Shown here in pieces: positions 36,552 through 45,790 of a stretch of 64,000 bases of DNA; the first letter of the stretch is position 1, and each line of letters opens with the position of its first letter. The notes beneath the pieces were generated by a model that saw nothing but the letters and a program-made list of their open reading frames with translations, was not told where the DNA came from and ran no database searches. This DNA is from Thermobaculum sp. GTDB lineage: Bacteria; Chloroflexota; Chloroflexia; Thermobaculales; Thermobaculaceae. The stretch spans positions 42,547 through 106,546 of the forward strand of contig JADDPA010000178.1 in NCBI GenBank assembly GCA_016782125.1, in the 5' to 3' direction. The position numbers and the translations under genes are program-made.

Positions 36552-39500
36552 TTAGGCGCGTGAGGTAGCGAGCGGTGCATCGTCCGCGCTCTCGGTGTCC
36601 ATGGCATCCGCCATCTCCACCAGTAGCGACCGAAGCTCGCTCATCCAGCGGTCCCGGGTTCCGGCGAACTTGAGCCGCACCTGTCCAGGGACGATGCGGA
36701 TACGAGCGCCGTGCACGCGGGGAGCGCTCGCGGGTGGGCGTGCGACGCGGAGCACCAGGTCGCCTTCAAGCACGGCAATGGCAGTAACGCCCGCCGCGCT
36801 CGCGAGCAGCTTCAGTTCGATGAGGTCGATAAGGTTCCGGGCCGGGTCCGGCACGGAACCAAATCGATCACGTAACTCCTCTTCGATTGTCTTCAGGTCG
36901 CGCTCCGTTGCCGTGTCCGCGAGGCGGCGGTAGAGGCGCAGGCGCGTGTCCCGGTCCGTGACATAGTCCTCAGGCAGCGCGGCTTGCATGGGCAGATCGA
37001 GGCTCACCGCTGGTGGCTCAGGCAACGCCTGGCCGGTGCGGGCCTCCTGCACGGCGCGCTCCAGAAGCCGCGTGTAGAGCTCCAGGCCAACTGCCCCGAC
37101 CTGCCCGCTCTGTTCTGGTCCGAGAAAGTTACCCGCGCCGCGAAGCTCGAGATCTTTCATAGCGATTCGAAAGCCCGCGCCGAGCTCCGTCGCCTCGGAG
37201 ATGGCGTCGAGTCGCTTCTGGGCGTCTTCGGTTATTCGGCCGTGCTGGCGGTACATCAGGTACGCGTACGCCCGGTGCGTCCCCCGTCCCACCCTGCCTC
37301 GGAGTTGGTAGAGTTGTGCGAGACCGAAGTTGACCGCGTCATCCACGATGAGCGTGTTCGCATTTGGAATGTCGAGGCCCGATTCGATGATAGTGGTTGA
37401 CAGAAGGACATCGTTCTCGTGCCGGACGAACGAGAGCATGACGTTTTCGAGTTGGTTGTCCTCCATCTGACCGTGTCCTATGCCGATCCGTGCTTCGGGG
37501 ACGATCTCCTGGAGCTCCCTTGCTGCGCGCGCGATATCATGGACCCGGTTGTGTACGTAGAAAATCTGCCCACCCCGATCCATCTCCCGTAGGATGCTCT
37601 CACGCACAACGGTCTCGCTCTTCGGCGTCACGTACGTCTTGATAGGCAGACGATCCTCTGGCGGGGTCTCGATTACGCTCATGTCGCGCGCGCCGACAAG
37701 TGCCATCTGCAACGTGCGTGGGATCGGCGTCGCCGTCAGCGTGAGCACGTCTACCTCCGTGCGCATCTGCTTCAGGGTTTCCTTGTGGCGCACGCCAAAC
37801 CGCTGTTCCTCATCGACAATGAGCAGCCCCAGGTTGCGGAAGGTGACATCCTTTGAGAGGAGCCGGTGCGTGCCGATTACTACGTCCACCGAACCTGTCC
37901 GTAGACCCTCGACGGTCGCCGTATGTTCCGCTTTGGAGCGCAGTCGTGACAGCATCTCGATCCGAACAGGGAAAGCCGCCATACGGTGTTTGAACGTCTC
38001 GAAGTGCTGCAGTGCGAGCACGGTCGTGGGAACCAGGATGGCGACCTGTTTTCCATCCACGATAGCTTTGAAAGCAGCGCGCAGGGCCACCTCAGTCTTT
38101 CCGTAGCCAACGTCTCCGCACACGAGACGATCCATGGGTCTCGACGACTCCATGTCCGCCTTGACCTCTTCGATAGCACGCTGCTGATCTTCTGTCTCGG
38201 TGTACGGGAAGGTGTCCTCGAACTCGCGCTGGAGTGGACCGTCCGGTGAGTACGCATGGCCCCGCGACACATGGCGGGCCGCGTAGATCCTGAGAAGTTC
38301 CTGGGCTAGTTCGTCAGCGGCGCGTTTGACGCGCCTTTTGGTACGCGCCCAGTCGGCTGTGCCCAGCCGGCTGAGCGAAGGCTCACCTCCTGCACCGATA
38401 TACGTGCTGATGCGATCAACCTGGTCCACCGGCACATACAATTTGTCGCCAGACGCGTATTCCAAGAGCAGGTACTCGCGCTCCGCACCGGGTGCGCCGC
38501 GGGAGACGTTGCCGACGTAACGCGCAATGCCATGGTCGACATGGACAACAAAGCCTCCGGGCTCGAGGTCAGCAAGAAATGTGTGCGTGCGGCGGCGCGG
38601 TCGCGCAGCAGCCCGGCGCGGCTCGACGTATCCCCATAACTCCCCATCGCCCAGCAGCACCGTGTTCAACTCATCGCTCGTCCAGCCCTCCTGCACGCTT
38701 CCGGGCAGGACCGTGATCCTCGCGGCGGGTGGCTCCGTCACCTGCGAGCGGGAGGAGAGTGAGGGCAGGCCGTGTTCGGCGAGCAGGTGCAGGAGCCGGT
38801 TCGCTTGCTGGGTGACAACCACGATGCGGCGGCCTTCATCCACCCACGTTCGCAGTCGCTCGATGATGCGCTCCAGGTTGCCGCCGAGGCTCGTCACGCT
38901 CGCCATCAAGGGAACGTCCGACGGTTCCTCCGCCGGCCGGAGCCGCTGGTGCGTACCTAGTCTCTCGTGCAGCTCATCGAGGATGAGGTAGGGACGGCGC
39001 AGTCGCGGTGGGATCTCGCCGATTTGCTCCAGTTCCTTGCGCTCAGCCTCTGCTTGTGTGTGCAGGGCATGGGCGACCAAGGTCAGGCGCTCCTCGTAGT
39101 CAGTCGATACCACCGTGTCCGGTGGCAGATGCTCCACGAGACTCGCCGTGCCGTCTGGAAAGTAGGTCCCCAGACCTCCGTAGGTCGGCCGCAGTCCGCC
39201 GCTGTCCAGCTCAAGCAGCGTTTGCTCCCACTCCGAGCGAACCTCCGGCCGGAGTGGCGCCAGCTCGAGGCCACGCAGTTCCCGCAGTGCTTCAGACGCG
39301 TTTCCTAACGGGAGTTCAATGGGGGGCACGATGGTGAAGGCGTCGATCGCCAACTCCGACCTCTGGGTAACAGGGTCAAAGGTCCGCATACTTTCCACTT
39401 CGTCGCCGAAGAGCTCAATGCGCACCGGCAGCGAGCGCGACGGCGACCATACGTCAAGGATGCCTCCCCTGCGCGAGAAAGAGCCGGGCGCTTCGACGAG

Positions 39501-40022
39501 GGGTGACGGTCGATACCCCATAGTCACAAGCCGCTGGGCCGTGCGCGGTAGATCGAGTTGGTCCGCAGTGCGGACCGACAGCCGATGATGCTCGAAGTAG
39601 GCGAGGGAGAGGGTATGCTCGCTGAGTGCCTTGACGCTTGTCACGACCACTACCGGCTCGGCGCCCTGCCGCACCCCAAATAGAGCTTCAATCACGCTAA
39701 GACGAGCCGAGGTCGTCTCCAGTTGAATAGCCCCTCGCTCGTATGGCAGGAAGTCATATGCTGGCCAGCGGAGCACCCGCTCGGCCAGGGGTGAGTACAG
39801 CGAGATCGCGTCCGCGACCGAGTCGGTGTCCTCCGGTCGAGGCACAAGTACCAACATGGTACGACGGCTCTCGCCGAACAGTGCCGCCCATAGAACCGGC
39901 CATGTGTGCGGCGCGGCGTCGGGCAGTCGCGTCTCGGCCTCACCCGCCCGAATGGAACTGAGCGCATCGCGGACGGCAGGCGCTCGCAGCAAGAGAGGGG
40001 TCAAATCCATGTTCTGAGCCAT
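36552..40022 (-). CDS. mfd: Transcription-repair coupling factor Mfd
   Basis: ORF 36552..40193. Start moved to ATG 40022 (MAQNMDLTPLL). DEAD/helicase motifs GDVGYGKTEVA, DEEQRFG. TRG and UvrB-homology regions. Confidence 0.95.
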   Translation of the reverse strand: MAQNMDLTPLLLRAPAVRDALSSIRAGEAETRLPDAAPHTWPVLWAALFGESRRTMLVLVPRPEDTDSVADAISLYSPLAERVLRWPAYDFLPYERGAIQLETTSARLSVIEALFGVRQGAEPVVVVTSVKALSEHTLSLAYFEHHRLSVRTADQLDLPRTAQRLVTMGYRPSPLVEAPGSFSRRGGILDVWSPSRSLPVRIELFGDEVESMRTFDPVTQRSELAIDAFTIVPPIELPLGNASEALRELRGLELAPLRPEVRSEWEQTLLELDSGGLRPTYGGLGTYFPDGTASLVEHLPPDTVVSTDYEERLTLVAHALHTQAEAERKELEQIGEIPPRLRRPYLILDELHERLGTHQRLRPAEEPSDVPLMASVTSLGGNLERIIERLRTWVDEGRRIVVVTQQANRLLHLLAEHGLPSLSSRSQVTEPPAARITVLPGSVQEGWTSDELNTVLLGDGELWGYVEPRRAAARPRRRTHTFLADLEPGGFVVHVDHGIARYVGNVSRGAPGAEREYLLLEYASGDKLYVPVDQVDRISTYIGAGGEPSLSRLGTADWARTKRRVKRAADELAQELLRIYAARHVSRGHAYSPDGPLQREFEDTFPYTETEDQQRAIEEVKADMESSRPMDRLVCGDVGYGKTEVALRAAFKAIVDGKQVAILVPTTVLALQHFETFKHRMAAFPVRIEMLSRLRSKAEHTATVEGLRTGSVDVVIGTHRLLSKDVTFRNLGLLIVDEEQRFGVRHKETLKQMRTEVDVLTLTATPIPRTLQMALVGARDMSVIETPPEDRLPIKTYVTPKSETVVRESILREMDRGGQIFYVHNRVHDIARAARELQEIVPEARIGIGHGQMEDNQLENVMLSFVRHENDVLLSTTIIESGLDIPNANTLIVDDAVNFGLAQLYQLRGRVGRGTHRAYAYLMYRQHGRITEDAQKRLDAISEATELGAGFRIAMKDLELRGAGNFLGPEQSGQVGAVGLELYTRLLERAVQEARTGQALPEPPAVSLDLPMQAALPEDYVTDRDTRLRLYRRLADTATERDLKTIEEELRDRFGSVPDPARNLIDLIELKLLASAAGVTAIAVLEGDLVLRVARPPASAPRVHGARIRIVPGQVRLKFAGTRDRWMSELRSLLVEMADAMDTESADDAPLATSRA

Positions 40023-40205
40023 GACAAATCCAGTGTTGTGCGTGCTGAATCGGGAACGTGGCAGTATAACACGCCGCGTTTTGTCCCGACCTTCTGCCGG
40101 TGCACCAAGTCGGTACTTTCCACCGTCACATGGCGCGTGTCCAACGACTTGAACAATCCACTTCGAGTGCCCGCTCGTGGCGGTACGGCACACCGGGCAA
40201 GGTCG

Positions 40206-40790
40206 TCAACTGGTGCCGGTTCCGCGGGTGTTGAACGCGTTCATAGCGGCGAGCAGGCCGCTTTTCAAGACGGCCTCGGCAGCGTCCGCAGCGTCAGATA
40301 CGACTGCGCCCAGATCAGCTTCCTCCTGTGCCGACCAGCGTCCAAGCACGTAGTTGATCCCGCCCCGTCCGGTTGGCCGCCCGATACCCACCCGCACTCG
40401 TGCGAAGTCCTGGGTGCCGAGCGAACCGATAAGCGAGCGCACGCCATTATGCCCGCCGGCGCTGCCATCCGGACGGAGCCGAATCCGGCCAAACGCGAGG
40501 TCGAGGTCGTCGTAAATCACCAGGAGCTCGTCGAGCTCTAGTTTGTAGTAGCGCACAATCGCCGCGACCGACTCGCCACTGAGGTTCATCATTGTCTGCG
40601 GCCACGCCAGCAGGATCTTGCGATCTTCGAGTCGCGCGTCTGCGATAATCGCCCGATGTGCGCGGTATGGCGCTGAGGCTCCGAGCCGGTGTGCGAGCTC
40701 GTCGAGTACGAGGAATCCCAGGTTGTGCCTGCTATTCCGATATTGGGGTCCGGGGTTGCCGAGCCCTACGACGAGTCGAATCTCAACCAC
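40206..40790 (-). CDS. pth: Peptidyl-tRNA hydrolase
   Basis: ORF 40206..40829. Start moved to GTG 40790 (VVEIRLVVGLGNPGPQYRNSRHNLGF). Confidence 0.9.
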   Translation of the reverse strand: MVEIRLVVGLGNPGPQYRNSRHNLGFLVLDELAHRLGASAPYRAHRAIIADARLEDRKILLAWPQTMMNLSGESVAAIVRYYKLELDELLVIYDDLDLAFGRIRLRPDGSAGGHNGVRSLIGSLGTQDFARVRVGIGRPTGRGGINYVLGRWSAQEEADLGAVVSDAADAAEAVLKSGLLAAMNAFNTRGTGTS

Positions 40791-41337
40791 GCTGGATATC
40801 ACGGCAGAGATAGAGTACCACCTCGCCACTCGGTAGATGACGCTCGTTGTATCCGCAGATACGGTATCCCTGTGCTCGAAGGAGTGTTATCGCCGGATAG
40901 TTCTTTGCGGGTGCTGTCGCGAGTAACGATGTGCACTGATTTTCCTCCGCCCAGGCTTGCGCGGCGGATAGCAGATGGGTCGCGATGCCCGCACGCCGGA
41001 CCGATGGCTCGACGGTCAGCCGATCGATGTGTACGATCCCCCGCCGGATGTTTGCACAGAGGAAGGCCACGACCCGTTCCACTTCCGCGACAACAAAGAG
41101 GTCCGTGCTGTCCCACTCCGCCTCCATGTCTGCCGTCGGCGACGGTGGTTTGACGACGCGGTCGCGGGGTAAGCGGATGGTGCGCAGAACCAGGGATAGA
41201 TCGCCAGACTCCATGACGCCCCGTTCTTCCCAGAGTTGCCACGCCTGATCCGTGGTATAGCTCGCGTCGAGAGCGCCGCATATCTCGACATCCGACAGAC
41301 GTGCGAGCCGGAGGGTAATTGGGGGGCTAGAGAGCAT
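40783..41337 (-). CDS. GNAT-family N-acetyltransferase
   Basis: 184-aa ORF. Acetyl-CoA motif A VEPSVRRAGIATHLL. Confidence 0.8.
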   Translation of the reverse strand: MLSSPPITLRLARLSDVEICGALDASYTTDQAWQLWEERGVMESGDLSLVLRTIRLPRDRVVKPPSPTADMEAEWDSTDLFVVAEVERVVAFLCANIRRGIVHIDRLTVEPSVRRAGIATHLLSAAQAWAEENQCTSLLATAPAKNYPAITLLRAQGYRICGYNERHLPSGEVVLYLCRDIQRG

Positions 41338-42643
41338 TCGCGGCCAGCCTCATACCGTGCGTCTGCGCCAGACCGCGCGCGATGGTATCGGAACTGATGA
41401 ACGTCACGTCCAGATCCTCGCTCACTATGAGGCGAGAGAGCTGCTGATACGTATCGTGATGGTGGAGTGCGCTATTCGGGTCGACGTTCAAAACGACGAG
41501 CCGTTTGGCGCCGGTGTACGCCGCCTCCTCGATCCGCTGGATCGGGTTGTCTGTCGCGGAGATGCTGACGACGTACGGCGGCTCACGGCTCAGTATCTTG
41601 ACATACAGGTACTGGCTGATGATGCGGACCACCGCGGCCGCAGGCACGGCGAGAAGCACTCCCAGGATACCGCCGGAGCTCGCTCCGACGAGGAGGGCGA
41701 AGATGACGAGGATGGGATTAAGGTGCACCGCTCGCCCGATGAGCGTTGGGATGATGAGGTTGTCCTCAATCTGCCGAAGGACGAAGTAGCCGACGGCGAC
41801 GACTATCGCGAGCGTGGTGTGACTCCATCCGAACGGGGTGGTGTCCTGGAAAAGTGCCACCGCAACCGCGATGCTCCCGGCACTGTACGGTCCGATGATC
41901 GGGATGAGCTCCAAAAACCCCGTCATGATGCCGAGCACAAGAGCGGACTCGACCTGGATAATCGACAGGAAGATCCATGTGGCGGTACTCATAATCGCGA
42001 TCAGGATCAGCTGACTGCGGAGATACGCACCGAGGGTGTCGTTAATGCGCCGTAGCAGTGTCTCGATTTCGTGCTGATACGGCCTTGGAGCCAGCCCGAT
42101 CAGAAACGCCATGGCCTTCTCAGCGTTGACCAACAGGTAAAACGTTGTCACAAGGAAGATGAACAGACGGATCGACTTGTCCACGACGATCTCGATCACG
42201 GGCAAGGCGACGCGTTCGGCGAGACCGGTGAGGTCAGCGGATCGCTCTTCCACTTCTCGCTGCAGCTGCGTCAGGTCGAGTTCGATCCCCAGGTCTCGCG
42301 TGAGGGGCTGGTCAGCGAGGTACTGTTGCGTCTGTTCCAGAGCGGCTGGACCCTCGTTGATGAGGTTCATGGTTTGCTGGCTGATAACGGGACCCATGTT
42401 CACCACTGCCCACGTGATCCCGGAGAAGAGCGCGATATAGATCAGGATGATCCAGACCGCGCGGGGTACGCCTGTCTGCCGGGCCATGAAGGTGACCAGA
42501 GGATGGAAAATGTACGTGGCGACGACCGCCCATACAAAGGGGGAGAGCAGATGCGCAGTGCGATAAAGCACCAACGCCACCAACACCGCGCAGATCCAGA
42601 TGGTGGTTTCTTTCGCCCGGTTCGAGAAACGGATCTCGCGCAC
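41327..42643 (-). CDS. AI-2E family transporter (PerM/UPF0118) with ~90-aa cytoplasmic C-terminal extension
   Basis: 438-aa polytopic ORF with AI-2E-like motifs (LELIPIIGP, LLAVPAAA). AGGAGGA SD 5 nt before GTG 42643. Confidence 0.85.
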   Translation of the reverse strand: MREIRFSNRAKETTIWICAVLVALVLYRTAHLLSPFVWAVVATYIFHPLVTFMARQTGVPRAVWIILIYIALFSGITWAVVNMGPVISQQTMNLINEGPAALEQTQQYLADQPLTRDLGIELDLTQLQREVEERSADLTGLAERVALPVIEIVVDKSIRLFIFLVTTFYLLVNAEKAMAFLIGLAPRPYQHEIETLLRRINDTLGAYLRSQLILIAIMSTATWIFLSIIQVESALVLGIMTGFLELIPIIGPYSAGSIAVAVALFQDTTPFGWSHTTLAIVVAVGYFVLRQIEDNLIIPTLIGRAVHLNPILVIFALLVGASSGGILGVLLAVPAAAVVRIISQYLYVKILSREPPYVVSISATDNPIQRIEEAAYTGAKRLVVLNVDPNSALHHHDTYQQLSRLIVSEDLDVTFISSDTIARGLAQTHGMRLAANAL

Positions 42644-42808
42644 CCTGTCCTCCTGTCGCGCACTATAGCATAGAGGACAGGCAAGCGGTAGCGCTTGAAC
42701 GGGTCGTGCGGCGGATCATTGCCCTCCGATTTCGTGCGTATCCAGCAACCACGCAGAGTTGCTGCATGCCAAAATGCTCGCCATTGCAGCGGGCTCCTTT
42801 CGGTGCCG

Positions 42809-42814
42809 TATAAT
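42809..42814 (+). promoter_or_regulatory. -10 box TATAAT located 7 nt upstream of a short ORF (leaderless geometry)
   Basis: TATAAT at 42809-42814. A weak TTGCAG lies 19 nt upstream. ATG at 42822. Confidence 0.35.
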
Positions 42815-42821
42815 GCCCGCA

Positions 42822-42905
42822 ATGTTTAGGAATCGCTATACCTGGATCGCGCAACAGCGAGGGCGCTCCAACCTACGCGTTAGTACGCCCGAGTCATTCG
42901 CGTGA
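42822..42905 (+). CDS. Putative leaderless 27-codon upstream ORF (MFRNRYTWIAQQRGRSNLRVSTPESFA)
   Basis: The ATG lies 7 nt after TATAAT. Its TGA stop (42903-42905) overlaps the GTG start of the downstream gene (GTGA). Confidence 0.3.
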   Translation: MFRNRYTWIAQQRGRSNLRVSTPESFA

Positions 42906-43927
42906 TTGATGCGCGTGGGCCCGAGTTCGCACGAGTGCTGGAGCGGTGTACCGTGCTGCTCCGCACCCTGTTTCAGACACAGAACGACGTGCTCGTTTTC
43001 CCCGGTGTTGGGACGGGCGGGTTGGAGTCAGCGGTGGTCAATACCCTTTCGCCCGGCGATCCGGTTCTGGTCGCCACCTGCGGGGTGTTCGGTGATCGAT
43101 TCGCGCGCTTGGCTGAGGCGTTTGGGGTAGATGTGCGGCGGCTATCGATACCGCGAGGTCGGGCTGTTGAGCCCGAGCAGCTGCAGCAAGCCCTGGAGGA
43201 GAACAGCGACGTCGTAGCGGTGCTCCTGACGCACACAGAAACTTCGACAGGAGTTACCAACCCACTCGAAGACCTTGCACCGCTCGTGCGAGAACGCGGG
43301 CACCTGCTGATCGTGGATGCGGTTAGTGCGCTGGCTGCGGTGCCCGTCCAGACCGATGAGCTGGGATTGGATGTAGTCGTCGGCGGATCGCAGCGCGCGT
43401 GGCACATGGAGCCCGGCCTGGTGATGCTGAGCGTGAGCGAGCGGGCCTGGCAGGCATCCAAGCGAGCGCGCCTGCCGCGATTCTACTGGGATTGGCGCCA
43501 CCCGAAGGGAGCCCCCGAGCGGTTTCTGGCGCCGTATATGCCTGCGCTGAGACTGTTCTATTCTTTGGAGAATGGTCTCCGAGAGATCGACGACGAGGGC
43601 CTCCCTCGCGTGTGGGAGCGACATCGGAGGCTGGGTGACTTTGTGCGCGCGGGCGTTACTGAGCGCCGTCTGCAGTTGTTCGCGGACCCCGCTTACGCCT
43701 CGAACACGCTAACGACATTCAAGGTCCCCGACGGCCTGGACGCCGGTGCGTTGCGCGAGCGGTTGGCAGAGGCGCACGGCGTACTCTTGGGCGAGGGCCA
43801 AGCGGAGCTGGCTGGCCGCGTGTTGCGGATTGCGCACGTCGGCTATACGACCGAAGACGAGATGAGCGGAACATTAGATGCCATCCAGATGGCCATCGAA
43901 GTCGAGCTAGCTGAAGCCCGTACCTGA
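42902..43927 (+). CDS. Class V aminotransferase-like protein (AGXT/serine-glyoxylate family), apparently lacking the PLP lysine
   Basis: 341-aa ORF. Family pattern RGPEF..., TSTGV, DAVSALAAVP, GGSQRAW.EPGL, where the canonical sequence is SGSQK.L..PPGL. Begins about 25 residues later than typical family members. Confidence 0.8.
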   Translation: MIDARGPEFARVLERCTVLLRTLFQTQNDVLVFPGVGTGGLESAVVNTLSPGDPVLVATCGVFGDRFARLAEAFGVDVRRLSIPRGRAVEPEQLQQALEENSDVVAVLLTHTETSTGVTNPLEDLAPLVRERGHLLIVDAVSALAAVPVQTDELGLDVVVGGSQRAWHMEPGLVMLSVSERAWQASKRARLPRFYWDWRHPKGAPERFLAPYMPALRLFYSLENGLREIDDEGLPRVWERHRRLGDFVRAGVTERRLQLFADPAYASNTLTTFKVPDGLDAGALRERLAEAHGVLLGEGQAELAGRVLRIAHVGYTTEDEMSGTLDAIQMAIEVELAEART

Positions 43928-43949
43928 CCAAACGGGCGGTATTTCGCGG

Positions 43950-43978
43950 TTGCCTTTGCCGGGGGTATTGACTATAAT
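43950..43978 (+). promoter_or_regulatory. rpsA promoter (TTGCCT-17 nt-TATAAT)
   Basis: -35 at 43950-43955, -10 at 43973-43978. About 80-nt structured leader, then AAGGGAG SD. Confidence 0.5.
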
Positions 43979-44060
43979 TCCGGTATACGGCTCTCGGTAG
44001 CGACACGCGAGGTCGCGGCTTGGAGCCGTTCGTTTTACCAGGACGTTTCAAGGGAGCTAG

Positions 44061-45626
44061 ATGAACAGCATATCGACTCGTGTCGCGAGCGGCGCTGACG
44101 GAGCGCCGGGCGCAGAGCCAACGGAGGAGACTCCCGTGCATGACGGGGAGACTCAGGCCGAGCACGCTCAAGTGCCTAACTTCGTCGAGCAGCACGGCCC
44201 AGCGGCCGAGCAGGAACTCTCCATGGAGCAACTGCTTGCCTCGAGTACCTCGGAGTACAAGACGCTCCGCCGCAATGAGGTGCTCGATGGCACAATCATG
44301 TCTTTAGACCGCGACGGACTCATCGTCGATGTCGGTTCAAAGAGTGAGGGTGTTGTTCCCTCAAGTGAGATGTCCACGGTGAACGCTGAGGAGCGTGACA
44401 CCTTGGTAGAGGGCGCACCCGTCCTCGTCTCGGTTGTGGATGCGAACGACAACAATGACGGGCACATCGTGCTCTCTATCGATCGGGCACGGGCTGAGCG
44501 TTCGTGGCGCAACCTTCAGAAGCAGCTTGATTCGGGCGAGGTTGTTGAAGCTCCGGTTGTTGGCCATAACAAGGGTGGCTTGCTGGTTGAGCTTGGCGGC
44601 GTCCGCGGGTTCGTGCCGGCATCGCAGGTCAGTAACCTCTCCGGTGGCAGCGAGGAGCAGCGGCAGACGGAGCTTGCCGGATACAACGGTCGATCGATTT
44701 CGATGAAGGTGATCGAGGTGAACCGCCGCCGAAATCGTCTTATCCTGTCCGAGCGTCAGGCGACGCAGGAGCGGCGCGAAAGCCGCAAGGAGAAGTTGCT
44801 TGAGGAGTTGCGTGAGGGACAGGTGATCGAAGGCACCGTCACCAGCCTCGCAGATTTCGGAGCATTCGTCGACATCGGTGGGGCGGACGGCCTTATCCAC
44901 CTGTCGGAGCTTTCGTGGAGCAGGGTAAATCACCCGCGTGACGTGCTCAAGCCGAGCGACAAGCTAAGCGTCATGGTCCTCAACGTTGATCGAGAGCATC
45001 GCAAGATCGCCCTCAGTGCGAAGCGCACCCAGCCGGAACCATGGTCGACTGCACTGGACCGATATGAGCTTGGACAGATGGTGTCCGGCACGGTGACGCA
45101 GGTCGCACCGTTCGGCGCGTTTGTCCGCCTCGAGGATGGTATCGAGGGACTGGTTCACGTGTCGGAGCTTTCTGATGCACAGGTAAGCAGCCCGAGCGCG
45201 GTCGTCAAGGAATCGGATGTTCTTCAGCTCAAGGTGATCAGGATTGATACCCAGCGCAAGCGTATCGGCCTAAGCCTCCGCCAGGCGATGGACGAGCTTG
45301 GTCTGGAGCAGATCACAGATACGCAGGCTGCTAGCGCGGAAGAGCCGATGGAGGCAGTTGAGCCAGATACGTCGGGCGATACAGTCGTCGCGAGCAACGC
45401 GAGCGATATCGATCTTCCTCAGACGACGGGTACAACGGAGATGGCCCGTGCGTTCGAGGCAGCGCAGTCCGCGGCGTCGGTGGCCGCTGAGTCTACAGCT
45501 AGCCGCACGCAAGTGGAGGCCTCGCGTCCGGAAGACGTCTCAGAAGCAGCGCCTGACGGTCACGCCATTGCATCTACTGCAGGTGTTGAGGTCACGAATT
45601 CGGAGCAAAATCTGGGCACCCAGTAG
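44061..45626 (+). CDS. rpsA: 30S ribosomal protein S1 (four S1 domains, acidic N- and C-terminal tails)
   Basis: 521-aa ORF with repeated S1 motifs (G.V.S...G..VD.G...G..P.SE, GTVTSLADFGAFVDIGG.DGLIHLSELS). Confidence 0.9.
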   Translation: MNSISTRVASGADGAPGAEPTEETPVHDGETQAEHAQVPNFVEQHGPAAEQELSMEQLLASSTSEYKTLRRNEVLDGTIMSLDRDGLIVDVGSKSEGVVPSSEMSTVNAEERDTLVEGAPVLVSVVDANDNNDGHIVLSIDRARAERSWRNLQKQLDSGEVVEAPVVGHNKGGLLVELGGVRGFVPASQVSNLSGGSEEQRQTELAGYNGRSISMKVIEVNRRRNRLILSERQATQERRESRKEKLLEELREGQVIEGTVTSLADFGAFVDIGGADGLIHLSELSWSRVNHPRDVLKPSDKLSVMVLNVDREHRKIALSAKRTQPEPWSTALDRYELGQMVSGTVTQVAPFGAFVRLEDGIEGLVHVSELSDAQVSSPSAVVKESDVLQLKVIRIDTQRKRIGLSLRQAMDELGLEQITDTQAASAEEPMEAVEPDTSGDTVVASNASDIDLPQTTGTTEMARAFEAAQSAASVAAESTASRTQVEASRPEDVSEAAPDGHAIASTAGVEVTNSEQNLGTQ

Positions 45627-45663
45627 GTTGACCTGCGGGGTCGTTCCATTAAGCCGGGTCCGT

Positions 45664-45692
45664 TTGCAAGGGCATTCACCGGCTGTTACACT
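45664..45692 (+). promoter_or_regulatory. clpC promoter (TTGCAA-17 nt-TACACT)
   Basis: -35 at 45664-45669, -10 at 45687-45692, followed by a GAGGGTT...AACCCTC leader hairpin. Confidence 0.45.
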
Positions 45693-45790
45693 GAGGTCGA
45701 GGGTTTAAGTCGTCTTGCGGCTGAACCCTCGTCATGTCTGAGGCGGCGGATTGGCGCGAGCAGGTCACCGTACGCGAGGGGGAGTTCATC

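Noticed and set aside
40023-40193. N-terminal extensions of track ORFs: mfd to 40193, murG to 51023, clpC from 45734, HAD from 17105, pyrD from 18649, hsp20 from 60088, PPOX from 53161, DAHPS from 53976, pth to 40829.
   Set aside because: The extensions overlap upstream genes or promoters, are non-conserved relative to the family N-termini, and better SD/start pairs exist at the trimmed positions.
42827-42905. A possible frameshifted N-terminus of the aminotransferase. An alternative frame reads ..IAIPGSRNSEGAPTYALVRPSHSRD, vaguely like the PGP......V..A...P...H arm.
   Set aside because: The spacing to the RGPEF motif does not fit the family, there is no start codon in that frame, and the similarity is too weak to call a frameshift. 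It is kept only as a caveat in the finding.
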